From assembly GCA_963736155.1 (NCBI GenBank), contig CAVTNO010000002.1, forward strand, positions 18,525 through 82,524: a DNA stretch of 64,000 nucleotides, read 5' to 3'. A model generated the notes under the pieces. The model made no database searches, was not told where the DNA came from, and worked only from the letters and a program-made list of their open reading frames with translations. Below are positions 1 to 7,848 of this stretch, in pieces. Each line of letters starts with the position of its first letter. The stretch's first letter is position 1. This DNA is from an uncultured Rhabdochlamydiaceae bacterium (lineage in GTDB: Bacteria; Chlamydiota; Chlamydiia; Chlamydiales; Rhabdochlamydiaceae). A program made the translations under genes and the position numbers.

Positions 1-286
1 TCTCTCTGACATCAATAAACTGCTGCCCATCGGCATAGAGGGCGCCTGCCATAGCTCCGGCGCTGCATCCCACGATCAGATCGGGCTTGATGCCGGCAGC
101 ATCCAGCTCCTGAATGGCGCCGAGCAGAGCCAGCCCTTTAGCCCCTCCCCCGCCCAAGACAAAGGCGATACGGATCGGGTTTTTCTGCTCAAATGGCGGA
201 ATCTCGACAGCCTGGGTCTCTGGAGTATAGACAGAGTGGCACCCTGTTAGTAGAACTAGTAGAAGTAAGATTAGTTGATATTTCAT
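1..286 (-). CDS. patatin-like phospholipase, predicted lipoprotein (N-terminal part only; gene runs off the window edge)
   Basis: My own minus-strand translation from the ATG at 284-286 gives MKYQLILLLLVLLTGC (lipobox LTGC). It continues with AFVLGGGGAKGLALLGAIQEL (GGGxxG oxyanion loop) and VGCSAGAMAGALY (GxSxG nucleophile). This ORF is not in the supplied track. Confidence 0.75.
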   Translation of the reverse strand, partial: MKYQLILLLLVLLTGCHSVYTPETQAVEIPPFEQKNPIRIAFVLGGGGAKGLALLGAIQELDAAGIKPDLIVGCSAGAMAGALYADGQQFIDVRE

Positions 287-359
287 GAGCGACTCTCTTG
301 AGCCTATTATCCGGAGAGTATAGACCCTCTCCGGATAAGAAACAAAGCCTCTTTACAAG

Positions 360-1364
360 TCACTTATCGTCAGTGACAAGAAACTTTGAAATCGTTGCAT
401 CATTCCATTGACGATAGGAGCAAGGATCGCCGGCCTTGCCGCCATAGCGGTCATCTTGCGTCACCACCGATGTCGAATGGACCACCATGTCCATCGGGGC
501 ATCGGCAAAGAGCACCAGCGTGTACCGTTCAATCACACCAGGGACCTTATGAACACGATGCTCTGTTGCCCGGATCTTATCATCCATCGCAAGCTGAGCA
601 AACTCCCCTACTTGGAAAAGCATCACATCCGGATCATCTGCAACCACTTTCTTGTAAATCCCATCTTCGGGTGTTTTAACAAAAAGACCTGCCTCCAGCG
701 GCTCTGGCACCTGCTTCCCATCCAGAAAATAAAAGGCGGGAAGAAGGGTCGTCAGCATGCTATGGTCAAAATGGGCGCTGGCCCAGTAAGGATTGGGAGT
801 AGGGCTATCTGTTCTATTACAATAGTAGAGCATGCGTATCACACGCGGCGCGCCTTCAAGAGTCCGGCCCGTGCCGGGGCCGATCAGCCCAACTTTTGTC
901 ATGACGGCCTCTCCCATCTCGGACATGATGGAGACTAAACCTTCCACAGGCGCTTTAAGATCTACTTCTTTGGGCCATATGTTGCGGGCATCATCCGGAT
1001 AAAAGTTGTAGTAGGACACTTTCTGATCATCGGGCAGCCATTGGCCATCGGCGTATTTGTAGTTTTCTTTTCCGCGCGTATAACCTGTGTAGGAAATTTC
1101 GTACTTGGGAGCGTACTGCTCCTTGACGTCTTCAGAAAGCGCTGAAAATTCCCGCGCTTTTTCGATATAGCCTAGAACTTTTTCCTTGTAACCGGGAACT
1201 CCTTTAATCCCGACAATTCCTTTTTCATAAAGCGCGCTATTAAGAACCTGCAACGCTTTCGGATCGTCTTTGACGAAGTCTTCATATGCAATCACATCCA
1301 ATTGTAAAATTTCTACGGCGTTTACACCAAACATCACTCCCATTGCTAAAAAGATCGATCTCAT
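360..1364 (-). CDS. 2OG-Fe(II)/IPNS-family oxygenase with N-terminal signal-like segment
   Basis: 334-aa ORF with a hydrophobic N-terminus, MRSIFLAMGVMFGVNAV. The C-terminal half shows the 2-His-1-carboxylate pattern (AHFDHSMLTTLLP ... ATEHRV ... RYTLVLF). Confidence 0.7.
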   Translation of the reverse strand: MRSIFLAMGVMFGVNAVEILQLDVIAYEDFVKDDPKALQVLNSALYEKGIVGIKGVPGYKEKVLGYIEKAREFSALSEDVKEQYAPKYEISYTGYTRGKENYKYADGQWLPDDQKVSYYNFYPDDARNIWPKEVDLKAPVEGLVSIMSEMGEAVMTKVGLIGPGTGRTLEGAPRVIRMLYYCNRTDSPTPNPYWASAHFDHSMLTTLLPAFYFLDGKQVPEPLEAGLFVKTPEDGIYKKVVADDPDVMLFQVGEFAQLAMDDKIRATEHRVHKVPGVIERYTLVLFADAPMDMVVHSTSVVTQDDRYGGKAGDPCSYRQWNDATISKFLVTDDK

Positions 1365-1452
1365 TAAATACCTCCTGTTAATGAAAAAAGGCGATGCTAT
1401 TACACCGCTTTAATTCTGTCAAATATTTCAGCATGTCTGTATATTTTTACCC

Positions 1453-2208
1453 ATGCGCATAATCACCTGTCTCTTCACAAGCCTTATTTTCTTAAACGGA
1501 TGCCTCCATCTTGATACAAAACAAGAGACGCAGCTGGTCTCATTTAATGCTCCGGCCGCTCTTCAGCCCGATCCTGCGATCAACATCCAAAGAGAAGGGT
1601 ATAGCTTGGCTTATGACGGCAGGATTCGAGGAGCTGCGTGGGTTTATGAAGAGCTGACTGCAGCCTCTTTGGAGAATAATGCCGACAGATCCCACTTCGA
1701 CTTCATGGAAGATCCGCAAATCCCCCTGCACCTCAGATCCACCAAAGATGACTACAAAGGCTCGGGCTATGATCGCGGGCACCTGCGGCCTGCTGCCAAT
1801 GCGAAAAACAGCGCAGAGTCGATGAGAGATACGTTTTATCTTTCCAATATCAGTCCTCAAGATCCGCAGCTGAACAGAAAATACTGGCTGAAGCTGGAAA
1901 AATATGTCAGAGCGCTGACTAAATCCCATGATGTCGTCTATGTGATCACCGGCCCTCTTTTCATGCCCCAGAAAGGCGAAGGCGGCAAGCGATTTGTCCA
2001 GTATGAAGTGATTGGGAAAAATGATATCGCCGTTCCTACCCATTACTTCAAAATGCTACAGGCTAAAAAAGGCGGCTCCCTTCGCACCGAGGCGTACATC
2101 ATCCCCAATGAGCCCATCGATGATGAGACCCCTCTTAAAAACTTCTCCGTAACACAAGAAAAAGTCGCCAGAGCCGCCGGGATCAGCTTTAAAAAAGGAG
2201 CCTCATAA
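1453..2208 (+). CDS. DNA/RNA non-specific endonuclease (Serratia NucA/EndoG family), secreted or lipoprotein
   Basis: 251-aa ORF with a signal/lipobox-like segment LIFLNGC. It has the catalytic motif GYDRGHLRPAANA and a downstream SNISPQ (metal-ligand Asn). Confidence 0.85.
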   Translation: MRIITCLFTSLIFLNGCLHLDTKQETQLVSFNAPAALQPDPAINIQREGYSLAYDGRIRGAAWVYEELTAASLENNADRSHFDFMEDPQIPLHLRSTKDDYKGSGYDRGHLRPAANAKNSAESMRDTFYLSNISPQDPQLNRKYWLKLEKYVRALTKSHDVVYVITGPLFMPQKGEGGKRFVQYEVIGKNDIAVPTHYFKMLQAKKGGSLRTEAYIIPNEPIDDETPLKNFSVTQEKVARAAGISFKKGAS

Positions 2209-2795
2209 TGGCAACGAAAGTGATAAATCCTCCGTACATCATCCCCAAACTTCAAACGCTGACAGATACAGAGCTCAAGGCTATTGATAAGCTCAGCCGC
2301 AAGCTGTTTGAAAAAGTTGATGTCGACAACTGGCAATCGGTTCTCGCTGCACAAGATGCGTATAAAACTTGCAATACGAAATTTGAGGATTTAACAAGAT
2401 GGTTTAACAGAGCCCAAGGTCAGCTCCAGGAATTACAATCCAGAGTGGATGAAATACAAAAAGCTTTACAAAGCAGCGCAAAAAAAACAGGATTAGAAGA
2501 GCGAGCCTCTGACCTGAAACAAAAGGTCACTGTCATAGAACCAAAAGCGATTGACCCCAGTGATTTGAGCTCTTTAGATTGGTATTTATCAACCAGATCT
2601 TTAGAGGCTGAAAATCCTGAACTGCAGCGATTGAACATTGTGCTCTGCAATAATGAAGTTAAAGTTTTAGAGCTTCAATCCATTTACGATGCCTATTCAG
2701 CTGTGCTTAAAACCGCAACACCACAAGTAGCTCTCCTCGAACAACAATCAGCAGTCCAGCCTGGCGCCCCTAAAAAAGCAAGGGTTAACGAGTAG
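2208..2795 (+). CDS. hypothetical coiled-coil protein, translationally coupled to the nuclease gene
   Basis: 195-aa ORF. Its ATG overlaps the nuclease TAA (TAATG at 2206-2210) and an AAGGAG lies 7 nt upstream. The sequence is heptad-like and Q/E/L-rich. I recognise no domain. Confidence 0.5.
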   Translation: MATKVINPPYIIPKLQTLTDTELKAIDKLSRKLFEKVDVDNWQSVLAAQDAYKTCNTKFEDLTRWFNRAQGQLQELQSRVDEIQKALQSSAKKTGLEERASDLKQKVTVIEPKAIDPSDLSSLDWYLSTRSLEAENPELQRLNIVLCNNEVKVLELQSIYDAYSAVLKTATPQVALLEQQSAVQPGAPKKARVNE

Positions 2796-3741
2796 ATATT
2801 TTCCAGCATTGATGGATTTTCTTGTTATGGAAATCGATAGGCAGAGTTTTCTCCGTCATATCCCTGACGGTGCAGCCGCTGAAGAGCGACTCCTCAAACT
2901 TGAATTTTCTGGAGTTGGTGCTGAAGAAAATAACCCCGCCGGGCGCCAGCAGCTTTAGAGCCTTCATGATGAGGGAAACATAATCTAATTGAATATCGAA
3001 CATCTGCTCCATTTTCTTAGAGCGTGAGATCGTCGGAGGATCGATCACAATGATATCGTACTCCCTTATCTCATAATCAAAAAATTTCAGGCAGTCGGCC
3101 CTCACGATCTCATTGGTTTTGAGTGAGAGTCCATTTAGAATAAAATTCTCCTTGCCCCACTCCGTGTACGTGTTGGACATATCAACGCTTTTAGTAAAAC
3201 GAGCTCCCGCAGCAGCAGCCTGAACGCTGAATGAGCAGGTATAGGCAAAAAGATTCAGAAGCCTTTTCCCCTTAGCAAGCCCCGCTACCATCTTTCTCGT
3301 CTCTCGATGGTCCAGAAAAAGCCCCGTGTCAAGATAATCCTTCAGGTTGACTTTGAACTTTACGCCGTATTCATGCACAGTAAAGAAATCTTCTTCCTCA
3401 GCCAGTTTTTCATACTGCTCCGTTTTATCGCGGCGGGCTCTCGTTTTCCAGTAAATCACCTCAGATTTGGCATCAAAGAGAGAACACAGTATCCCATCGA
3501 TCTCCCCCCTCAGATCTTCCGACAGCTCATCGCCGTCATACGAGAAAAACTGCACGCAGAACCTGCCTGCATAAAAATCGATTGCCAGAGGGTATTCTTT
3601 GATGTCCCGGTCATAGATGCGGAAACAGTCCGTCATGGACCGCTTGGCCCATTTCCGGACATGCTGATAGTTCTTCCGAATACGGTTCTTAATTGGCGAG
3701 CTTTTATCTTCGCCATCGGCAATCGTTGGGAGGTCAATCAT
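2785..3741 (-). CDS. class I SAM-dependent rRNA methyltransferase (RlmI/RlmK/RlmL catalytic-domain type)
   Basis: 318-aa ORF with motifs LLNLFAYTCSFSV and IIVIDPPTISRSKK (DPP-type motif IV). Confidence 0.7.
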   Translation of the reverse strand: MIDLPTIADGEDKSSPIKNRIRKNYQHVRKWAKRSMTDCFRIYDRDIKEYPLAIDFYAGRFCVQFFSYDGDELSEDLRGEIDGILCSLFDAKSEVIYWKTRARRDKTEQYEKLAEEEDFFTVHEYGVKFKVNLKDYLDTGLFLDHRETRKMVAGLAKGKRLLNLFAYTCSFSVQAAAAGARFTKSVDMSNTYTEWGKENFILNGLSLKTNEIVRADCLKFFDYEIREYDIIVIDPPTISRSKKMEQMFDIQLDYVSLIMKALKLLAPGGVIFFSTNSRKFKFEESLFSGCTVRDMTEKTLPIDFHNKKIHQCWKISTR

Positions 3742-3825
3742 AAGTAATCACATTTTGACACAAATGTGAGTTATAGAACACCGTTCTATAATCCATTAAT
3801 CGAATCCTGATGGGGTATGAATAAG

Positions 3826-3852
3826 ACTCCGGATACTGAGAACAATTCGAAC
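3826..3852. repeat. degenerate direct copy of the 3' end of tRNA-Asn (att-like remnant)
   Basis: actccggatActgAGAACAAttcgaac compared with actccggatGctgGTttcgaac at 7711-7733, same orientation. It lies exactly at the switch from a core gene to AT-rich DNA. Confidence 0.4.
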
Positions 3853-3898
3853 TTTTGACTGGGCCTCCATGTCACAACAAACTAATAACCAACAGTTT

Positions 3899-4735
3899 TT
3901 ATTTAGCAAGGAGGCGATTAATTTTAGGCAACAAAATAGGTTCAATCGGTAAAAAGACCTCATCCAATTTCTCAATAGATGTTTTGTTAAAAAAAATTTC
4001 ATTCCGTAAGAAAAAGTATGAATCTATCGCGTATTTTATCGATACGGCGAGCATTTGCTCATCACCAGCAGTGAATTTTGGGAAGAGTTCAGTCTCTGAA
4101 CACCTTGTAAAAGACGAGAAATGAGTAAAAAGGCACAACTTGTCATAATTTTTTATATGCACCTCATTATTAGGCAGCATACGCAATAGGTTCTCTATAT
4201 TGCAGTTACCCCGCCAGGTCTCCATTTTTAATAATTCATCTTTTGATTTTTTGTTAAAAATCTTAAGTAAATCATCCTTTAGTTCCGCATACTGACAAAA
4301 GAAATCCTCTCGAATTTCTTCTGTGAGATCAAGGATTGAATCCTTATGTTTTTTGTAGATTTTGTAAAATTCAATTTCAGGGAATCTAATAAACCGTTCC
4401 AAAAAACGTTTTTTCTTTCCAACTTCCGAATTTACAAGTGCTGTGACAGCATATAATTCCATCAAAGCTCTTGCATGATGTTTGGCCGCGAAAAAAGCTC
4501 CTTGTTTTAAATCTCCTATGTATCCCGACGCTTCTTCAAGTAGCCTGTGAATTACTTCCTTGGCGAACACACCCCCATTAGAGTCAAAAAAATCAACTCC
4601 TTTATTGGCAGACAAAACCATTAATTTGCTAACCATACCTTCAAATGCAACAAATAAGTCGCATTGTCTTAAGGTCTTTTCCATTTGCATTCGATATATA
4701 TTACAAAGAAGCCAAGGATCGTTCTGTAAATTCAT
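3899..4735 (-). CDS. hypothetical protein (AT-rich islet gene)
   Basis: 278-aa ORF with no recognisable motif. It is the only long ORF in this visibly AT-rich stretch. Confidence 0.5.
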   Translation of the reverse strand: MNLQNDPWLLCNIYRMQMEKTLRQCDLFVAFEGMVSKLMVLSANKGVDFFDSNGGVFAKEVIHRLLEEASGYIGDLKQGAFFAAKHHARALMELYAVTALVNSEVGKKKRFLERFIRFPEIEFYKIYKKHKDSILDLTEEIREDFFCQYAELKDDLLKIFNKKSKDELLKMETWRGNCNIENLLRMLPNNEVHIKNYDKLCLFTHFSSFTRCSETELFPKFTAGDEQMLAVSIKYAIDSYFFLRNEIFFNKTSIEKLDEVFLPIEPILLPKINRLLAK

Positions 4736-4770
4736 TTAACAGCACCTATTTGATAAATAAGTAGAGCACT

Positions 4771-4962
4771 TTAAAATAAAACTGCTGCAAAGTCAACAGC
4801 TTCCAAAAGTTCATTATTAATTGATCGTTCCGTTTTGATAGCCTTGATAAATGTGAACTTCCACTTCTCATCGACTCGACTGACATCAAATCCCAATCCG
4901 AATAGGAGGTCGCGAAATAGATCGATATCCTGTATGCGAGAAGTAGGCTCTGCAATCCACAA
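4771..4962 (-). CDS. small hypothetical protein upstream of 3899-4735
   Basis: 63-aa ORF on the same strand, 35 nt upstream of the 278-aa ORF. No motif found. It could be a gene fragment. Confidence 0.25.
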   Translation of the reverse strand: MWIAEPTSRIQDIDLFRDLLFGLGFDVSRVDEKWKFTFIKAIKTERSINNELLEAVDFAAVLF

Positions 4963-5060
4963 GTGACTTTCTAACTTTAAGCAGCGGTGCGCTTCTTTGC
5001 GTGTGGTTCGAATCTAAACACCTGAGGATCTGTCAGATAAGTTTATCCAACTCAAAATCA

Positions 5061-5089
5061 TTGATTTTACCAACTATATTTGGTAAGAT
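5061..5089 (+). promoter_or_regulatory. sigma70/sigma66-like promoter with an embedded palindromic operator for hicAB
   Basis: TTGATT (5061-5066), 17-nt spacer, TAAGAT (5084-5089). The spacer is the palindrome TTACCAActatatTTGGTAA (5067-5086). Confidence 0.4.
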
Positions 5090-5116
5090 GTGTTATATCT
5101 GAAATTTGGAGTTCCC

Positions 5117-5302
5117 GTGCCATTAAGCGGAAAAGATATGTGCAAGTTGTTTCAAAAGGAAGGATATGTGGTCGTACCTGGCGGCAAAGGAAGTCACATA
5201 AAGATGAAGAAAGCTGGTTGTCCTACTGCGATTATTCCGAACCACAAAGAACTTAAAAGTGGAACGGAGCATGCCCTACGAAAGCTTTTAAAGAAAAAAT
5301 AA
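5117..5302 (+). CDS. hicA: type II toxin HicA family (mRNA interferase)
   Basis: Sequence is (V)PLSGKDMCKLFQKEGYVVVPGGKGSHIKMKK..., with HicA-like size and a GKGSH motif. I prefer the GTG at 5117, preceded by GGAG, over the track start at 5090. Confidence 0.75.
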   Translation: MPLSGKDMCKLFQKEGYVVVPGGKGSHIKMKKAGCPTAIIPNHKELKSGTEHALRKLLKKK

Positions 5303-5317
5303 AAATAGGCAATAAAG

Positions 5318-5746
5318 ATGAAATACCATTTTAGAGTTAGCAAAGAAAAAGACGGATATTCTGCGCAATGTATTGAGCTGAAAGGATGCGTGACCCAAGG
5401 AAACTCTAAGAAAGAGCTTTATGCTAATATGCAAGAGGCGTTGAATCTCTATATTCAGGAACCTGAATCTTCTAAAGATTTAGCGGAACTCCCAGACGAT
5501 TCTATTCGAAGATCAAAAAATGTTGTCGAAGTTCCCCTTGACCCCTCCATAGCTTTTGCATTTTTAGTAAGGTACCATCGCCTCAAACATGGTTGGACTC
5601 AAGAGCAAGTTGCTAAGAAAATGGGATTTGACACGATTTATAGCTATCAACGCCTAGAGAAAAAAAAATGCAATCCTACGCTTAAAATTATCAACATGGT
5701 TAAACAGACATTTCCTGAATTTTCTCTAGATTTTGCCTGTGCGTAA
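5318..5746 (+). CDS. hicB: HicB-family antitoxin with C-terminal HTH
   Basis: 142 aa. The N-terminus, MKYHFRVSKEKDGYSAQCIELKGCVTQGNSKKELYANMQEALNLYIQE, is HicB/UPF0150-like. The C-terminus, HGWTQEQVAKKMGFDTIYSYQRLE, is XRE-type HTH. It follows hicA by 15 nt. Confidence 0.75.
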   Translation: MKYHFRVSKEKDGYSAQCIELKGCVTQGNSKKELYANMQEALNLYIQEPESSKDLAELPDDSIRRSKNVVEVPLDPSIAFAFLVRYHRLKHGWTQEQVAKKMGFDTIYSYQRLEKKKCNPTLKIINMVKQTFPEFSLDFACA

Positions 5747-5793
5747 ATCTCTGGTGAGGAAATTGCGAGACTAAGAAAAAGTAGAGGTATTTT

Positions 5794-6096
5794 ATGTCGG
5801 TACACACGAGAACGCGCCATACTGGTCTTACGATGAACAGCACTTCCAGGAAGAAAAGAAAAAGTATTTCTTGGCGTGAAGTAGCTAAAGAAAACATCAA
5901 TAAATACACCGAAATCGGGCTTGCTTTAAGAGGGGCTCGACTAAGAGCTGAAATGACCCAGCAAGAATTAGCTGATGCCATTGGAGCACAACCCCATCGT
6001 ATTTCTGAGATGGAACACGGAAAGCGATCGATTAGTAAAGAAATAGCGCATCAATTGGCTAAGATTCTCAATATGAGTTATAGGATGTTCTTGTAG
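5794..6096 (+). CDS. XRE-family helix-turn-helix transcriptional regulator
   Basis: 100 aa with the motif LRGARLRAEMTQQELADAIGAQPHRISEMEHGKRSIS. Confidence 0.7.
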   Translation: MSVHTRTRHTGLTMNSTSRKKRKSISWREVAKENINKYTEIGLALRGARLRAEMTQQELADAIGAQPHRISEMEHGKRSISKEIAHQLAKILNMSYRMFL

Positions 6097-6108
6097 AAGG
6101 AGCTGGTT

Positions 6109-7746
6109 TTGCCCTCCTTAGAAAGATTGAAAAAAGTGAAAAAAAAAGAAGCTCCTAGCCCGCTGAGCAAACAGGTGACAATGAGCGCTATCGAAGTACA
6201 GTCCAATTGCTCTCCCGCATGCCAGACAGTATTCGTGACTACAGCGGGCATGCTGGAGAACGATTGGGCAAAGCCGCAGCGGGCTAGTAACTGGACTATT
6301 TGTCCGAAATGTTATGGACGCGGCAAAAAAAACTTGAGGCTCCGCAAGAAATCGAGGCTCCGCTACCAACTAGCAATGAAGGAATTTGAAAAAAATAAGA
6401 GTGAAGGAAAGGCTTCGGTTCGTCCTAAGGTTACTCAAATTTTATGCGATAATTGCAGCGGATCTGGCTTGATTCCTGCTGCTAGTCACCCCATAGCAGA
6501 TTCAGAAAACTTTCCACATGTAGCAATTATTGGTGCAGGTATTGGAGGCGTGGCGCTAGCTGTAGCTTGTTTGCATCGCGGCATTCCATTTACCCTTTAT
6601 GAGCGCGATAGCAGTTTCGATGCACGAGCGCAGGGCTACGGACTTACCTTGCAACAAGCAAGTAACGCAATGAAAGAATTGGGTCTTTTCTCTTTAAAAG
6701 ACGGGGTTAATTCCTCACGCCACGTGGTGCATACTACTGAAGGAAAAGAAATTACTGAATGGGGAGTGAGGACGCATTCAAAGATAAAGAAGTCTCCAAG
6801 GCGTAGAAATGTGCATATCCCGCGACAGGCCTTGCGCCTCGCGCTCCTTGAGCAATTGGGCGGCCATGATGCCGTGCAGTGGGGACACCGCTTAGTTGGT
6901 TTTAAACAATGTGAAGATAAAAGTGTTGAGCTGAGCTTTCAAGCTAACGGAGAGATGAAGAATGTAAAGGCAGATTTGGTGGTGGGTGCCGATGGTATTC
7001 GTAGTGTTGTGCGCGGCTGGTTAATTGGCGAGGATATGACTCCTTTGCGTTACCTGGGTCATGTGGTCATTTTGGGCATTTGTTCTTTAGAGGCTCTTAA
7101 GGGTGTCGAGAGTTCTTTGCTCGACTCAGCCACCGTGTTTCAAACCGTCAATGGCCATGAACGAATCTACATGATGCCTTACTCATTAGATGCAATAATG
7201 TGGCAACTGAGTTTCCCCATGCCCGAAGAAGAAGCTAAGGCCTTGAGTGCACAAGGGGCTCAGGCGCTTAAAGAAGAAGCGTGTCGTAGAACGCAGTGGC
7301 ATAAGCCCATTCCTCAAATTTTATCAGCAACCCTGCCGGCACAAATTTCAGGTTATCCTGTCTACGACCGAGAATTACTCAAGTCAGAATTATTTGAAAA
7401 AGCTGGGGCAGTTACTTTGATTGGAGATGCAGCTCACCCTATGAGTCCATTTAAAGGACAAGGTGCAAATCAGGCTCTGCTCGATGCACTGCTACTTGCT
7501 CGTAACATTTCAATAGCATGTACTCCCTTTTCTAAATGGCGAGAAACCGGAGTGAGAGAAGTTGTACTAACTGAATTTGAAGAAGAAATGTTAGCGCGTA
7601 GCGCTTCTAAAGTGAAGGATTCAGCTGAAGCTGTGGAACTTCTACATTCCAAAGAGGTGCTTCGTGAAGGTTATGAACCTAAAGGACGGCCTTTCAGAAA
7701 TCAGAAAAAAACTCCGGATGCTGGTTTCGAACCAGCGACACCCTGA
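6109..7746 (+). CDS. FAD-dependent monooxygenase fused to an N-terminal domain with two DnaJ-type CxxCxGxG motifs
   Basis: 545 aa. A TTG start at 6109 lies 6 nt after AAGGAG; an alternative ATG is at 6181. Motifs seen: CPKCYGRG and CDNCSGSG; the Rossmann segment VAIIGAGIGGVALAVA; and GDAAHPMSPFKGQGANQALLDA (flavin monooxygenase fingerprint). The last 35 nt run antisense into tRNA-Asn. Confidence 0.8.
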   Translation: MPSLERLKKVKKKEAPSPLSKQVTMSAIEVQSNCSPACQTVFVTTAGMLENDWAKPQRASNWTICPKCYGRGKKNLRLRKKSRLRYQLAMKEFEKNKSEGKASVRPKVTQILCDNCSGSGLIPAASHPIADSENFPHVAIIGAGIGGVALAVACLHRGIPFTLYERDSSFDARAQGYGLTLQQASNAMKELGLFSLKDGVNSSRHVVHTTEGKEITEWGVRTHSKIKKSPRRRNVHIPRQALRLALLEQLGGHDAVQWGHRLVGFKQCEDKSVELSFQANGEMKNVKADLVVGADGIRSVVRGWLIGEDMTPLRYLGHVVILGICSLEALKGVESSLLDSATVFQTVNGHERIYMMPYSLDAIMWQLSFPMPEEEAKALSAQGAQALKEEACRRTQWHKPIPQILSATLPAQISGYPVYDRELLKSELFEKAGAVTLIGDAAHPMSPFKGQGANQALLDALLLARNISIACTPFSKWRETGVREVVLTEFEEEMLARSASKVKDSAEAVELLHSKEVLREGYEPKGRPFRNQKKTPDAGFEPATP

Positions 7747-7783
7747 TTAACAGTCAGGTGCTCTACCACTGAGCTAATCCGGA
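7712..7783 (-). tRNA. tRNA-Asn (anticodon GTT)
   Basis: The reverse complement folds as a cloverleaf: TCCGGAT TAGCTCAGTGGTAGAGCA CCTGA CTGTTAA TCAGG GTGTC GCTGG TTCGAAA CCAGC ATCCGGA G. It has a 7-bp acceptor stem, anticodon loop CT-GTT-AA and a TTCGAAA T-loop. No CCA is encoded. Confidence 0.9.
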
Positions 7784-7805
7784 ATAAGCTGGAAATAGTA
7801 AGAAA

Positions 7806-7831
7806 TCGGAAGATTTAAATCAACCTTCCGA
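7806..7831 (-). terminator. possible hairpin terminator after hpt
   Basis: TCGGAAG/CTTCCGA 7-bp stem with a 12-nt loop, followed by TTTCTT on the minus strand. Confidence 0.3.
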
Positions 7832-7848
7832 CTTCTATAGGAAATTTT

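Noticed and set aside
5005-5014. GGTTCGAATC, a tRNA T-loop-like string in the spacer upstream of hicA (possible tRNA fragment or att site)
   Set aside because: The flanking bases do not form a T-stem or acceptor stem. The orientation and sequence also do not match tRNA-Asn. I treat it as a chance match.
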